64,000 bases of DNA from Squalus acanthias (Eukaryota): contig CM059425.1 in the NCBI GenBank assembly GCA_030390025.1, positions 166,596,001-166,660,000 on the forward strand, in the 5' to 3' direction. A program made the position numbers and the translations under genes. Shown here in pieces: positions 63,033-64,000 of this stretch. Below the pieces are notes generated by a model. The model worked only from the letters and a program-made list of their open reading frames with translations. It was not told the origin of the DNA and did not search any database. Positions within the stretch are counted from its first letter, which is position 1. Each line of letters begins with the position of its first letter.

Positions 63033-64000
63033 TGATGAAGGGATAATTACTAGTCCTAGCCCCTTTTGGGCTACCCCAGATCAGGCGTATTCCCCAGACG
63101 TTCACCTTCAACTAAAGTTAGAGGTAGCCAAATCCTAAAGACGCTTAATTGGGTCTAAAGGTCCAGACTATCTCTCCCTAAAGGAAAGGAACGACCTGAA
63201 GATGTTACCGTCCTCCAGATAGCACTTTTAATAAGTTTAGCTAGACTGTAACCTTCCGGATATTATGAGGGTCCGGAAAACTCCCCCAGAATTCTGCAAC
63301 TCCTCACCAAAGAGTGTACAGAGATTGAATTTGTGAGTTTGATACAGAAGTACTATGTGCGACAATTCTAAAAATATATAGATTTATTAAAGAACCGACA
63401 TGTAATTACAGTTGGTGATTCAGTCGCAACATTAACAGTTCCAAATACAAAAATGCTTTTACAATTCTATTATCAGAGATCCTTATTCTCAAATCTTCAC
63501 TTCATTACATTTTTACGTTTCTTAGTCTTATTCCAGGATATCCACCAAAATCAAATACCTTTGATACCCGAGTCACAAAGAGTTGAAGACTTACAGAGCC
63601 TGCCTCTGAAGCCTGAGAATCGCTTTGCCCCTTCAAGCGAATCTATCTTCCCATTTGAAAGTCCAATATTTATACTCTTTCTCAGTGGTATATCCTTTGA
63701 AGTTTTCTGCTGATGTAAGCTAATTATCTCTAGTCATTTTTCTGTTGACCCCTTCTATTCTTACAGTCAGTTCAGCTGGTAGCAAGCAGACGCGTGTCTC
63801 CTTTAAGTGTTTCAAGTTCAACACAAAAACAGTGTGATGGGTGGTGCCTCTCCCACTTGATGCCATTCTTACCAAGGTCTTCTGTTTGTATCTTTTGCAT
63901 TTAGAACACCTCAACCGGATGTACCATTGTCTTCTTAGTTACCTCAACTGGTTGCATTAAGAATTATGTCTGCTGTGTAGGTGTCTCAAGCTTATCATAA
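63033..64000 (-). mobile_element. LTR of the same family as 5978-7393, running off the window
   Basis: Extensive colinear similarity to 5978-~6720, with rearranged repeat blocks after that. Confidence 0.8.

Overview
Repeat-dominated vertebrate genomic DNA. The repeat set (HE1/V-SINE-like, SacSINE-like, CR1, L2, Penelope, Harbinger) points to a shark or other cartilaginous fish, and I could not identify any host exon. The left two-thirds is a patchwork of nested PIF/Harbinger transposons (HARBI1-type transposase plus spliced Myb/SANT gene), their MITEs, LINE and SINE relics, and a solo LTR. The main feature is a young ~17.5 kb endogenous retrovirus-like provirus at 43989-61543 with 1612-bp LTRs and a 4-bp TSD. 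Its architecture best fits lokiretroviruses: CCHC Gag with a PSAPPSY late domain, in-frame gag-UGA-CUAG-pol readthrough, a dead RNase H 'tether' followed by a second intact RNase H, and a class I F-like env. Three things about it are unusual. (1) The env appears to carry an N-terminal immunoglobulin-like domain. (2) A 5'-truncated but intact CR1 ORF2 is fused in frame to the first 23 Gag codons, giving an uninterrupted 977-aa ORF downstream of the LTR. (3) The 5' end is a partial LTR, then a copy of the env 3' end, then a full LTR. All family assignments are from motif recognition by eye, not from database searches.
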